Shown here in pieces: positions 27,071 through 36,208 of a DNA stretch of 64,000 nt; within the stretch, counting starts at the first letter, position 1, and every line of letters starts with the position of its first letter. A program made the translations under genes and the position numbers. The stretch spans positions 160,001-224,000 of the forward strand of contig CAVTCS010000003.1 in assembly GCA_963733295.1 (NCBI GenBank), read 5' to 3'. The notes beneath the pieces were generated by a model. That model ran no database searches and was not told where the DNA came from. It was given only the letters and a program-made list of their open reading frames with translations. The DNA is from Vulcanimicrobiota bacterium (lineage in GTDB: Bacteria; Vulcanimicrobiota; Vulcanimicrobiia; Vulcanimicrobiales; Vulcanimicrobiaceae).

Positions 27071-27733
27071 GCGACGAACGCGAACTGCAGATTCGCAGGC
27101 TCTTTCCGCTCGTGCGTCGCGTCGCGCGGCGCGTTGCCCACATGGTGCGCGCGGCAGATCCTGACGACCTCATCGGGGACGGCGCGATCGGCTTGATTCG
27201 AGCCGTCGATACTTTCGATCCCACGCGCGGAACAAAGCTCGAGGCCTACGCCCGGCGTCTGATCCTGGGCACGATGCTCAACGGTTTGCGACGGCTCGAC
27301 CCGGTCTCCGAACGGGTTCGCCGCCGAATGCGCGAAGCCGAACGCAAACGCTTCGAACTCGCACAAGAGCTGGGGTCCCTTCCAACGTTCTGCGAACTCG
27401 AACGAGACGATCCCGGCGTTACGCGCGGCGCGCGTGAAGGCGTATCGTCAGTCTGCGCTCTCGCTGGACGCGCCGCTGCCGGGCGAGCCGAACGTTCTGG
27501 CCGACTTCGGCGCCGATCCGCAAGCGGAACTCGAGCTGCATGCAGGTGCTGCCGAGTTGCGCGCAGCGCTGGCTCGACTCCCCCCGCGCCAACGCCGCAT
27601 CCTCGAGCTTCACTACTACGGCGAACTGTCGCTGCACGCGATCGGCAAGCGGATGAGCGTTTCCCCGCAGCGCGTTTCGCAGCTTCACCTCGAGGCGCTC
27701 GCACGCTTGCGCAAGTGCATGCCGCCGGCGTGA
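27067..27733 (+). CDS. fliA: FliA/WhiG-family sigma factor, one +1 frameshift near 27412
   Basis: Region 2 (DDLIGDGAIGLIRAVDTFDPTRG) is in one frame; region 4 (LPPRQRRILELHYYGELSL..IG..MSVSPQRVSQLH) is in the next frame. Confidence 0.8.
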
Positions 27734-28035
27734 GCGCTCGCGTCGAACTCGATCCTGGGAGCGCGGCGCAAGCCGGGTCGGCCGCCTTGGCACCGGCCGC
27801 GTTGCAACCGGTCATCCTCGATCCGGACTCAGAACTCGGCCACGAGCTTCCGAACGACCATCCGCCTTGGCCCCGCGATACCGTCTCGCTCTCGCAGCGT
27901 GCGCGTGCCCTGCTCGCCACGCTCCGGCCGGTGATCGTGCGAGTCGTCACGTACTGGGAGCACCGCGTGCGCGCGCTGACCATCGGCGGCCGCACGCTCA
28001 CCGTCGACGTAAGCGGTTCGTACCGGATCGACTAA
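27730..28035 (+). CDS. Hypothetical protein coupled to fliA (contains DTVSLS motif)
   Basis: GTG overlaps the fliA stop (GTGA); 101-aa ORF. Confidence 0.55.
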   Translation: MSARVELDPGSAAQAGSAALAPAALQPVILDPDSELGHELPNDHPPWPRDTVSLSQRARALLATLRPVIVRVVTYWEHRVRALTIGGRTLTVDVSGSYRID

Positions 28036-28054
28036 GTCCGCGCCTCGAGATTCG

Positions 28055-29935
28055 CTAGCGCAGGAAAGGTTCGATCTCTTCGCCGGCGCGCGACGGCTCG
28101 ACGCGGCCGCCGAGCGTCTTTGCGAGAAAAGCTTCCGCCGCGGCGGTGAAGCGCTTGTTGTTCGCGGGATCCGCAAAGCCGTGACCTTCGTCCTCAAAGA
28201 GCACGTAAGTGACGGGAACGTGATTGGCCCGCATCGCGGCGACGATCTGATCGCTCTCCTGCTGCTTGACGCGCGGATCGTTTGCACCTTGGGCGATGAG
28301 CAGTGGCACGCGAATCTTGTCGGCCAGGAAGAGCGGCGACTGTGAGTTCAGGAACTCTTCAGTGTCTCCCATCCGCTTGGTGAAGGTCGCTCGCTGCGTT
28401 TCCCAATACGGCGGAATCGAGGACAAGAGCGTGTTGAGGTTTGACGGACCGACGATATCGATTCCGCAGCAGAACGCCTCGGGCGTATACGTGACGGCCG
28501 CGAGCACGGCGTAGCCACCGTAGCTTCCGCCCATGATGGCGATCCGCTCCGGATCGGAGTAACCTTCCGCCACGGCCCAGTCTCGCGCGTCGAGGAGGTC
28601 CGTGCGCATCGCTCCGGCCCACGCCCGGTTGCCCGCGTTGAGAAAGGCTTTGCCGTAACCGGTCGAACCGCGAAAGTTCACCTGCAACACGGCGTAGCCG
28701 CGGTTGGCGAGCCACTGCACGTACGGATCGTAACCCCACTGATCGCGGTGCCAGGGACCGCCGTGCACGAGCAAGACGGTCGGCAGCTTGAGGGGTTCGA
28801 TTCCCACCGGCAGCGTCAGATAGCCGTGAATCTCCAGGCCGTCGCGTGCGGCAAAGGCGATCGGGCGCATCGGCGCGAGCTCGCGTTCGAGCAGTGCGGG
28901 CCGGCTATAGAACAGCAGCGTGCCGCGTTTCGTCGGACGGTCGAAGGCAAAGTACGCGGTCGGGCCCGAGTCCGAGCGGTAGTAAACGATCATCGTGTCG
29001 CCGTCGGCGCTCGCGCCGTCGATCCCGATGTCGCCCGCGTGCAGCTCGCGCAGCGCCGCGAAGTCCGCTTCGAAATCGGGGTCGAGCACCGTCCATTCGA
29101 TGCGGTCCCGTGAGACGGCGACGGCAACGAGCTTGCGTGAGGCCGGATCGATGTACACGTTTGAAACGTCGTAGGTCGGATCGGCGGCCGCGATGTCTTT
29201 CGCTCCGCTGGAGAGATCGTAGCGCACGAGCCGCGCCGCGTTCGCGTCCTTTGCCGAGATCACGTAGAGCGAGCGGTTGTCCGGCGAAAACGCGACCGGT
29301 CCGCCGAAGCCGTCCTCGAAGCTGAACTCGTCGAGGGTGCGCCAAGACGCAGCCGCATCGTCGCGAACGCGGATGAGCGAGGAGCCGTCGACATTCTGAA
29401 CGTGCGCGGCGCGAACGACGAACGCGTTGTCGTTCAGCCAGCCGCCGACGTCGCCGGGGTTCTGGGTGTCGAGTTCCTCCGTCCCGCTGTTGAGGTTCAG
29501 GCGGTACACGTCGAAGACGCGCTCGTCTCGCGCATTCGAAGCGATCAGAGCTTCCGTCGGAAAGCGCTCGTCGATGTCGAGCGGTTCGACCTTCACGCGC
29601 TCGCCCGGCGTCAGCTCCCGCGGTGCGCCCCCCTCGAGGTCGACCGAGAACAAGTGGTAGTTCTCGTTGCCTTTACTGTCTTGCAGGTAGAGCACGTGCC
29701 GGCTGTCGCCTTGCCAGAAGATGCGCGAGATGGGGCGCAGCGGATCGCGGGCTACGACCCGGTCGTCGTGCTCGCCGATCGTCCGGACCCAGACGCTAAG
29801 CATTCCCTCGCTCGGCGCGAGATATGCGAGACGCTTTGCGTCAGGCGAGATGCGAGGGCTCACTCTCTCAGGATTGCCGAAGAGCAGTTCGCGCGGAATC
29901 AGTGGGGGCAGCGTCGGGCGCGTGGTCGTGTCCAT
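28055..29935 (-). CDS. S9 family (prolyl oligo/acylaminoacyl) peptidase
   Basis: VHGGP, GGSYGG, GANDPRV, DEGHGF catalytic triad; N-terminal propeller. Confidence 0.93.
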   Translation of the reverse strand: MDTTTRPTLPPLIPRELLFGNPERVSPRISPDAKRLAYLAPSEGMLSVWVRTIGEHDDRVVARDPLRPISRIFWQGDSRHVLYLQDSKGNENYHLFSVDLEGGAPRELTPGERVKVEPLDIDERFPTEALIASNARDERVFDVYRLNLNSGTEELDTQNPGDVGGWLNDNAFVVRAAHVQNVDGSSLIRVRDDAAASWRTLDEFSFEDGFGGPVAFSPDNRSLYVISAKDANAARLVRYDLSSGAKDIAAADPTYDVSNVYIDPASRKLVAVAVSRDRIEWTVLDPDFEADFAALRELHAGDIGIDGASADGDTMIVYYRSDSGPTAYFAFDRPTKRGTLLFYSRPALLERELAPMRPIAFAARDGLEIHGYLTLPVGIEPLKLPTVLLVHGGPWHRDQWGYDPYVQWLANRGYAVLQVNFRGSTGYGKAFLNAGNRAWAGAMRTDLLDARDWAVAEGYSDPERIAIMGGSYGGYAVLAAVTYTPEAFCCGIDIVGPSNLNTLLSSIPPYWETQRATFTKRMGDTEEFLNSQSPLFLADKIRVPLLIAQGANDPRVKQQESDQIVAAMRANHVPVTYVLFEDEGHGFADPANNKRFTAAAEAFLAKTLGGRVEPSRAGEEIEPFLR

Positions 29936-30090
29936 CCGGCCTCAGGTTTGCTACTCGCCGCCAATTTACATTGTGCCGAGGCTCAGGTGTGCGGCGGCAA
30001 CTGCGCGTTCATCTTCACTGAGTGCGGTGATGCAGGTTCGGCCTTCCAGCCTGGCGACTCGGTGATAGCGACGGGAAGGGCTCCCAAGTG

Positions 30091-30456
30091 CTACACGGCA
30101 CGTTTCCGTGGGGGAATCGCGCTCTTCCGGAAATCGATTCTCTTGATTCGATCGAGATCGCGCCTCAATTCTCGATCGTGCATCGCTTCCCAGAGATCGA
30201 TGTCTTGCTGTAGGTTCAACCAAAACTGCGCTGAAACGCCGAGCGCACGTTCAAGCCGGAGCGCAGTTCTCGAGGTTACCGCGCGTCGGCCATTGAGTAG
30301 TGCGTTCACTGACGGGCGATCCATCCCGATGGCGTTTGCGATATCTTGCTGCGTGAGACCTAGCGGCGTCAGAAACTCCTCGTTGAGCATCTCGCCCGGC
30401 GTGAAGGGGCGCCGATGCTTAGGGAGCGGCACGTCGGTCACGTCGTTGCGCTTCAT
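30091..30456 (-). CDS. higA: HigA family antitoxin (HTH)
   Basis: PGEMLNEEFLTPLGLTQ..., TALRL, FWLNLQ. Confidence 0.88.
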   Translation of the reverse strand: MKRNDVTDVPLPKHRRPFTPGEMLNEEFLTPLGLTQQDIANAIGMDRPSVNALLNGRRAVTSRTALRLERALGVSAQFWLNLQQDIDLWEAMHDRELRRDLDRIKRIDFRKSAIPPRKRAV

Positions 30457-30557
30457 CAGTGATAGTCCTCAATCGTAATCGCGTCTGCGCCGTCGTCCGC
30501 CCACCGGAAAACGATACGGTACTGCTTGTCGATGCGAATGCTGTGATAACCTTCGCG
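30456..30557 (-). pseudogene. higB: C-terminal remnant of HigB toxin
   Basis: REGYHSIRIDKQYRIVFRWADDGADAITIEDYH-stop, with the stop overlapping the higA ATG (TGATG). No start codon and no N-terminal two thirds. Confidence 0.8.
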
Positions 30558-30584
30558 CCGAACGCGGTTTACCGGACGGGCCTG

Positions 30585-31370
30585 CTACAGCGCGCTCAGC
30601 ACGTTCTCGATGAGGGTGGCGACGCGCTCGGCGCCGGCGCGCGCGATCTCGAGGACGTCCTCGTGCGAGACCTCGCTCGACGGGCCGATCGTATTCGTAA
30701 TCAGGCTGATGCCGAGCACGTCGAGACCGAGTGCCCGGGCCGCGATCGTCTCGACGACCATCGACATCCCTACGGCGTCCGCACCGAGCCGGCGAAGGGC
30801 GAGCGCTTCGGCGGCGGTCTCGTACGCCGGCCCGGGGACGCCGGCGTACACGCCTTCGCGCAGTGCGATCTCACCGGCGCGACTCCGCGCAAGCGCGCGG
30901 AGGTGCGGTGCGTACGCCTCGATCATGTTGAGGAACGGCTGCTGCTCGTGTCGTGGATCGAGAGGCGTCGTGCCGGTAAGGTTGAGATGATCCCGCACGA
31001 GCATGACGTCACCGCGCTCGAAGGTTTCGTTCAGGCCGCCGGCTGCATTCGTAAGCACGATCGTGCGCGCGCCGGCTCGGGCCGCGAGCCGGACGGCGTG
31101 TGACACGGCGCGCGCGGAGTGGCCTTCATACAGGTGAACGCGGCCGGCGAAGGCGACGACGCGCTTTCCGGCCCACGTGCCGGTAAGCGCTACCCCCGGA
31201 TGTCCGGGAATCCGGGCGCGCGGCACGCCGAGCTTGGCGTACGGAATCGCGCGGCCTTCGATCCGCGCTCGGGCGGCGTCCGACAGGCCGCTGCCAAGCA
31301 CGACGGCGACCTCGAGCGGTCCGCCGGCGCAGCGCTGCAGGCGCGTCGCGGCGACGGCAAGTTTCGACAT
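30585..31370 (-). CDS. punA: Purine nucleoside phosphorylase (trimeric type)
   Basis: VLGSGL, GHPG, GRVHLYEG, LTNAAGG, GPAYET, AVGMS, ITN. Confidence 0.9.
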   Translation of the reverse strand: MSKLAVAATRLQRCAGGPLEVAVVLGSGLSDAARARIEGRAIPYAKLGVPRARIPGHPGVALTGTWAGKRVVAFAGRVHLYEGHSARAVSHAVRLAARAGARTIVLTNAAGGLNETFERGDVMLVRDHLNLTGTTPLDPRHEQQPFLNMIEAYAPHLRALARSRAGEIALREGVYAGVPGPAYETAAEALALRRLGADAVGMSMVVETIAARALGLDVLGISLITNTIGPSSEVSHEDVLEIARAGAERVATLIENVLSAL

Positions 31371-31373
31371 GAT

Positions 31374-31534
31374 AGTGCGCTGCCTCCGATATAGCTTTAC
31401 AGTCGCTCGGCGCTTTTCCGCCGCCGCTGCGTCGCTCCTCGCTCAAATGACGCTGTCATTCCACGCTCGTCGCTCCTTGCGGCTGCGAAAAATCGCTCTC
31501 GCTTGGTGTAAACCTATATCGGAGACAGCACACT
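31374..31534. mobile_element. 161-bp MITE-like element with 28-bp terminal inverted repeats
   Basis: 31374-31401 (AGTGCGCTGCCTCCGATATAGCTTTACA) versus the reverse complement of 31507-31534 (AGTGTGCTGTCTCCGATATAGGTTTACA): 25/28 identical. Nested internal stems; no ORF of note. Confidence 0.7.
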
Positions 31535-31543
31535 CGCGCGCTG

Positions 31544-33100
31544 TCAGCCGGACAACGTTGCGGCGACCGGCGTTAGCAGGTTGCGTCCGGTCATCTCGGG
31601 TGGAACCGGGACGCCGAGCAGCGGCAGAAGGGTCGGCGCGACGTCGGCGAGACGGCCGTCGGAGAGTTCGCCGAGTGCCTCGCGCGAGACGAGCACGAAC
31701 GGCACCGGGTTCGTCGTGTGAGCGGTCATCGGCTTGCCGTCTTTGTCGAGCTCCTCTTCGGCGTTGCCGTGATCGGCGGTTACCGCCAAGATGCCGTCGA
31801 CACCCAGAACCGCGTTCGCAAGGCGGCCGAGTTCGCGGTCGAGCACGTCAAGCGCGGCGATCGTCGCCTCCATCACGCCGGTATGTCCCACCATGTCGGC
31901 ATTCGCGTAGTTCATGACGATGACGTCGTGGGCGTTCCGCTCGACGTCGGCGACCGCGACGTCGGTGATCGCTTGAGCGCGCATCGCGGGAGCCAGGTCG
32001 TACGTTGCGACGCTGCGGTCCGACGCGATCAGTTCTCGGTCTTCGCCCGGGAACACGTCCTCGCGACCGCCGTTGAAGAAGTAGGTGACGTGAGCGTACT
32101 TTTCGGTTTCGGCGAGGCGCAGCTGCGTCAGACCCGCGCCGGAGATGACTTCCCCGAAGGTCTGCGATTGGGGACGCGGCCCGAAGAGCACCGGGTTCGG
32201 AAAGTTCTCCTCGTACTTGGTCATCGTCGCGAAGATGAAGTCCGAAAACGCATGAACCGGAAACTCCGCGAAGTTCGGGTCCGAAAAGGCCAGCGTCAAC
32301 TCGCGCGCGCGGTCGGGCCGGAAGTTGAAGAAGATCGCCGCGTCGCCGTCGCGCACGAAACGCGGCTCGCCGACCAGCGTGGGCTGGATGAACTCGTCGG
32401 TCTCGCCTCGTTCGTACGCGGCGCGGACCGCTTCGGTTGCCGTCGCGAAGCGATATTCGGTCGTGCCGTCGACGAGCGCGCGATAGGCCTTCTCGATGCG
32501 CTCCCAACGTTTGTCGCGATCCATTGCGTAAAAGCGGCCCGTGATGCTGGCGATCGAGCCGGGCCGTCCTACTCTCGCCAGCTGGGTCTCGAGCGCATCG
32601 ACGTAGACTTGCAGCGAGGACGGCGGCACGTCGCGCCCGTCGCCGAAGGCGTGAATTGCGATCGGCACGTCCGCAGCAACCGAAGCGTCGATCAAGCCGA
32701 AGAGGTGCTCGATCGAACTGTGGACGCATCCGTCCGAGAGCAACCCCAAGAGATGAAGCCTGCCGCCCGACGTCCGAACGTGATCGAGACACGAGTGCAA
32801 GACGGAATTCTTGGCAAACGTGCCGTCGGCGAGCGATTCGTTGATGACGACGACGCCCTGCGGCACGACGCGCCCGCTTCCGAGGTTGAGATGTCCGACC
32901 TCGCTATTGCCCATGACGCCGCTCGGCAAGCCGACGTCCTCACCGCTAGCCGCGAGCACGCAGTGCGGCCACCCGGCGAGCATGCGTTGCCAGTTGGGCA
33001 TCGCGGCGGCGGCGATCGCGTTTCCGTACGTGTCGTCGCGCAAACCGAACCCGTCGAGGATCGCGAGGACGAGCGGCCCGGAGCTAACTCGTCCGCTCAA
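31544..33100 (-). CDS. gpmI: 2,3-bisphosphoglycerate-independent phosphoglycerate mutase
   Basis: ILDGFG, MGNSEVGH, GRFYAMDRD, NFRPDR, ETEKYAHVT, DMVGHTG, TADHGNAE. Confidence 0.96.
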   Translation of the reverse strand: MSGRVSSGPLVLAILDGFGLRDDTYGNAIAAAAMPNWQRMLAGWPHCVLAASGEDVGLPSGVMGNSEVGHLNLGSGRVVPQGVVVINESLADGTFAKNSVLHSCLDHVRTSGGRLHLLGLLSDGCVHSSIEHLFGLIDASVAADVPIAIHAFGDGRDVPPSSLQVYVDALETQLARVGRPGSIASITGRFYAMDRDKRWERIEKAYRALVDGTTEYRFATATEAVRAAYERGETDEFIQPTLVGEPRFVRDGDAAIFFNFRPDRARELTLAFSDPNFAEFPVHAFSDFIFATMTKYEENFPNPVLFGPRPQSQTFGEVISGAGLTQLRLAETEKYAHVTYFFNGGREDVFPGEDRELIASDRSVATYDLAPAMRAQAITDVAVADVERNAHDVIVMNYANADMVGHTGVMEATIAALDVLDRELGRLANAVLGVDGILAVTADHGNAEEELDKDGKPMTAHTTNPVPFVLVSREALGELSDGRLADVAPTLLPLLGVPVPPEMTGRNLLTPVAATLSG

Positions 33101-33867
33101 TGCGGCGCCGTCGCCGGTCGCGCGGCATCGATGATCGCGGCAAAGGCACTTGGATCGAGGCTCGCTCCGCCGATCAAGCCGCCGTCGATCTCCGGCTGCG
33201 TCAAGAGTGCGCTTGCGTTCGCGCGGTTCATGCTTCCGCCGTAGAGCAAAAGCGAGGTCGAGAGGCCGTCGACGCAGCGCCGCAGGTACCCCATGACGTC
33301 GTTAGCGCTCTTCGGATCCTCCGCCCGGCCGGTCCCGATCGCCCAAATCGGTTCGTAGGCGACCACGCAGCGCGCGACGTCCTGCGGCCCGATGCCCTCG
33401 AAGGCGATGCTCAGCTGCGTCGAGCAATGCTCGACTGCGCGTTCCTCAACGTGCTGCTGTTCGTTTTCACCGACCGCGACGATCGGCGTGATCCCGTGTG
33501 CCAGCGCGGAGCGGACCTTTCTCCCTACCGCGGCGTCGCTCTCGCATTGGTAACGCCGCCGTTCGGAGTGCCCGAGGATCACATAGCGCACGTCGAGTTC
33601 TTTGAGCATGAGCGGACTGATCTCGCCGGTGAACGCGCCGCGATCGGCGTCGTTCATATCTTGAGCCGCGAGCTGGATGCGCGAGCCCTGCAGCGCCGCG
33701 CGAACGGCGTCAAGCGCCGTGAACGGCGGCGCGACGGCGACCTCGACGTCGTCCGGCAACGCGATCGCACGCAGCTCCTGCACGAAAGCGCGCGCCTCGG
33801 CGATCGTCTTGTTCATCTTCCAGTTTCCGACGACCAGCCGACGGCGCGGGGCCGCAGCGCGATTCAC
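33097..33867 (-). CDS. tpiA: Triosephosphate isomerase
   Basis: GNWKMN, GHSERR, AYEPIWAIGTG, YGGS, LIGGASL. Confidence 0.96.
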   Translation of the reverse strand: MNRAAAPRRRLVVGNWKMNKTIAEARAFVQELRAIALPDDVEVAVAPPFTALDAVRAALQGSRIQLAAQDMNDADRGAFTGEISPLMLKELDVRYVILGHSERRRYQCESDAAVGRKVRSALAHGITPIVAVGENEQQHVEERAVEHCSTQLSIAFEGIGPQDVARCVVAYEPIWAIGTGRAEDPKSANDVMGYLRRCVDGLSTSLLLYGGSMNRANASALLTQPEIDGGLIGGASLDPSAFAAIIDAARPATAPH

Positions 33868-35075
33868 GCTCGGGTGCCTTGCCGTTCGGCCGCGCGCTCG
33901 AGCGCGGCGACCCCCGGAAGCGTCTTTCCTTCGAGGAATTCGAGCGTCGCGCCGCCGCCCGTCGACACGTGGGTCATCGCGTTCGCGAAGCCGAGTTCGT
34001 GCGCCGCCGCAGCAGCGTCGCCGCCGCCGACCACACTTACCGCGCCGGCGCGCGTCGCATCGGCGATTGCCTCCAACACGACGCGAGTACCGTTCTGGTA
34101 GGCGGGCTTCTCGTAGACGCCCATCGGTCCGTTGAATACGATCGTCTTGGCCCCGCGCAACTCCGCCGCATAGGCGCGCGCCGTCTCGGGTCCGATGTCG
34201 AGGATCATCGACGATCCGATAGCGTTCAGCGAAGCCGGGTGCGCCTCGGCGTCGGCGTCGAACGACGACGAGACGATCGCATCGACCGGAAGGTGAAGCT
34301 GCACGCCCTTTTGCTCGGCGAGTGCGACGATCTCCCGCGCAGGTTTGAGGTCGGGATCGCGCAGCGATTTGCCGACGTCGATGCCCTTCGCAGCGAGGAA
34401 CGTGTTGCCCATGCCGCCCCCGATCGTGAATGCCGAGACTCGGTCGAGCAGATTGCCGAAGACGCCGACCTTATCTTTGACCTTCGCGCCGCCGATGGCG
34501 CAGACGAAGGGTTGACGGGGCGAACCCGTCAGCTCGCCGAGCGCCGAGAGTTCGGCCTCCATCAAAAAACCTGCGAACGCAGGCAGGTACTGCGCGATCC
34601 CTTCGGTCGAGGCATGGGCGCGATGCGCGGTCCCGAAGGCGTCGTTGACGTAGATGTCCCCGAGTGCGGCAAGCTGCGCCGCGAATCCGGGGTCGTTCGC
34701 TTCCTCTTCGGGATGGAAGCGGACGTTCTCGAGCACGACGATGTCGCCGTCCTGCAATTGCGCCACGGCCGCCTGCGCGACCGGTCCGACGCAGTCCTCG
34801 CCGAATGCGACGGGAGAGCCGATCAGCCGCTCCAACTCCGCGGCCACCGGACGCAAGGAGAGTGCCGCGACCGCTTTCCCGTCCGGCCGTCCGAGGTGCG
34901 AGAGCACGATCGTCCGGGCTCCGGCACCGCGCAGGTAGCGAAGGGTTTCGAGCGCGGCGATCAGCCGCGTTTCGTCCGCCACGGCGCCGTCTTTGAGCGG
35001 TACGTTGAGATCTTCGCGAACGACCACGCGCTTGCCACGCAGATTGCCGGCGTCGCGCAGGCCGTTGAAGCGCAT
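33864..35075 (-). CDS. pgk: Phosphoglycerate kinase
   Basis: DLNVP, SHLGRP, LENVRF, NDAFGTAHRAH, STGGGA. Confidence 0.96.
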   Translation of the reverse strand: MRFNGLRDAGNLRGKRVVVREDLNVPLKDGAVADETRLIAALETLRYLRGAGARTIVLSHLGRPDGKAVAALSLRPVAAELERLIGSPVAFGEDCVGPVAQAAVAQLQDGDIVVLENVRFHPEEEANDPGFAAQLAALGDIYVNDAFGTAHRAHASTEGIAQYLPAFAGFLMEAELSALGELTGSPRQPFVCAIGGAKVKDKVGVFGNLLDRVSAFTIGGGMGNTFLAAKGIDVGKSLRDPDLKPAREIVALAEQKGVQLHLPVDAIVSSSFDADAEAHPASLNAIGSSMILDIGPETARAYAAELRGAKTIVFNGPMGVYEKPAYQNGTRVVLEAIADATRAGAVSVVGGGDAAAAAHELGFANAMTHVSTGGGATLEFLEGKTLPGVAALERAAERQGTRA

Positions 35076-35088
35076 CGGGCTTCGGGCC

Positions 35089-36105
35089 TCAGGCCACGCC
35101 GGAAAGCGTCTTAGCGAGAATCATCTGCGTGACGTCGGCGAGGCGGCACGAATAGCCCCACTCGTTGTCGTACCAGGCCGCGATCTGAATAAGGTCGCCG
35201 TTCGCACCGGTCAACGCGCTGTCGACGATCGAGCTGTAGGACGAGCCCTTGAAGTCGCTCGAGACGAGTTGCTCTTCGCTGTAGAAAACGAGGTCCTTGA
35301 GGTCGCCTGCCGCCGCGGCGCGCAGGAGTCCGTTGACCTCGTCTTTGGTCGTGTTTCGTTTGACCTGCGCGACGAGATAGATCATTGAGACCGTCGCCGT
35401 CGGAACGCGCAACGCGAAACCATCGAAGGAGCCCTCGACCTCGGGGATCGTCAAGTACAGCGCTTTCGCGGCTCCGGTCGAGGTCGGAACGATGTTGGTG
35501 GCGGCGTTCCGGCCGCGGCGCCAATCCTTGTGGGGCCCGTCGAGTAACTGCTGATCGTTCGTGTACGAGTGAACCGTCGTCATGAAGCCCTTCACCCAGC
35601 CGAGGCCGTCGACGATCGGCTTCACCGCGGTCGCGAGACAGTTCGTGGTGCAGGACGCGTTCGAAATGATGTTGTGCTTGGCGGGGTCGTACTCTTTGTG
35701 GTTGACGCCCAGCACCAGGGTTATGTCTTCGCCCTTGGCCGGCGCCGAAATGATGACTTTTTTCGCGCCGCCCCCATCGATGTGCGCGCGCGCCTTCGAA
35801 GCGTCGGTGAAGAGTCCGGTCGACTCAATGACGACGTCGACCCCGAGCTTTTTCCAAGGCAGTTCGCTTGGGTTCCGCTGTGCGAGCACGGCGATCTTCC
35901 GGTCGCCGATCGTAAGCGTATCGCCGTCGCTGCCGACCCGTCCCGCGTACGTGCCGTAGTTGGAATCGTACTTGAAAAGATGAGCGCATTCGGCAGCGCT
36001 CGTGAGGTCGTTGATCGCGGCGATCTCGATCGAAGGATGCCGCTCGATCAGCGCCTTTGTGAAATTACGTCCGATTCGTCCGAAGCCGTTGATCCCGATC
36101 CGCAT
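35089..36105 (-). CDS. gap: Glyceraldehyde-3-phosphate dehydrogenase
   Basis: INGFGRIGR, ASCTTNCL, WYDNEWGY. Confidence 0.97.
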   Translation of the reverse strand: MRIGINGFGRIGRNFTKALIERHPSIEIAAINDLTSAAECAHLFKYDSNYGTYAGRVGSDGDTLTIGDRKIAVLAQRNPSELPWKKLGVDVVIESTGLFTDASKARAHIDGGGAKKVIISAPAKGEDITLVLGVNHKEYDPAKHNIISNASCTTNCLATAVKPIVDGLGWVKGFMTTVHSYTNDQQLLDGPHKDWRRGRNAATNIVPTSTGAAKALYLTIPEVEGSFDGFALRVPTATVSMIYLVAQVKRNTTKDEVNGLLRAAAAGDLKDLVFYSEEQLVSSDFKGSSYSSIVDSALTGANGDLIQIAAWYDNEWGYSCRLADVTQMILAKTLSGVA

Positions 36106-36208
36106 GCTGCTCCTTCACCGTGGGCTTCATCGGTTACACGACCCTTCTCCGGGAGCCCTTTTTAATCGGCCGGCCTCGTCCGAGAGCAGGTCCGAAATAG
36201 GGCTGCCG

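Noticed and set aside
27067..28035. Single 322-aa sigma factor fusion as given in the ORF track
   Set aside because: Artefact of the frameshift: sigma region 4 is in another frame and the downstream gene has its own coupled GTG.
29940..30090. Cys-containing open stretch (HCAEAQVCGGNC...FQPGDSVIATG) as a gene remnant
   Set aside because: No start, RBS or recognisable family; cannot be supported.
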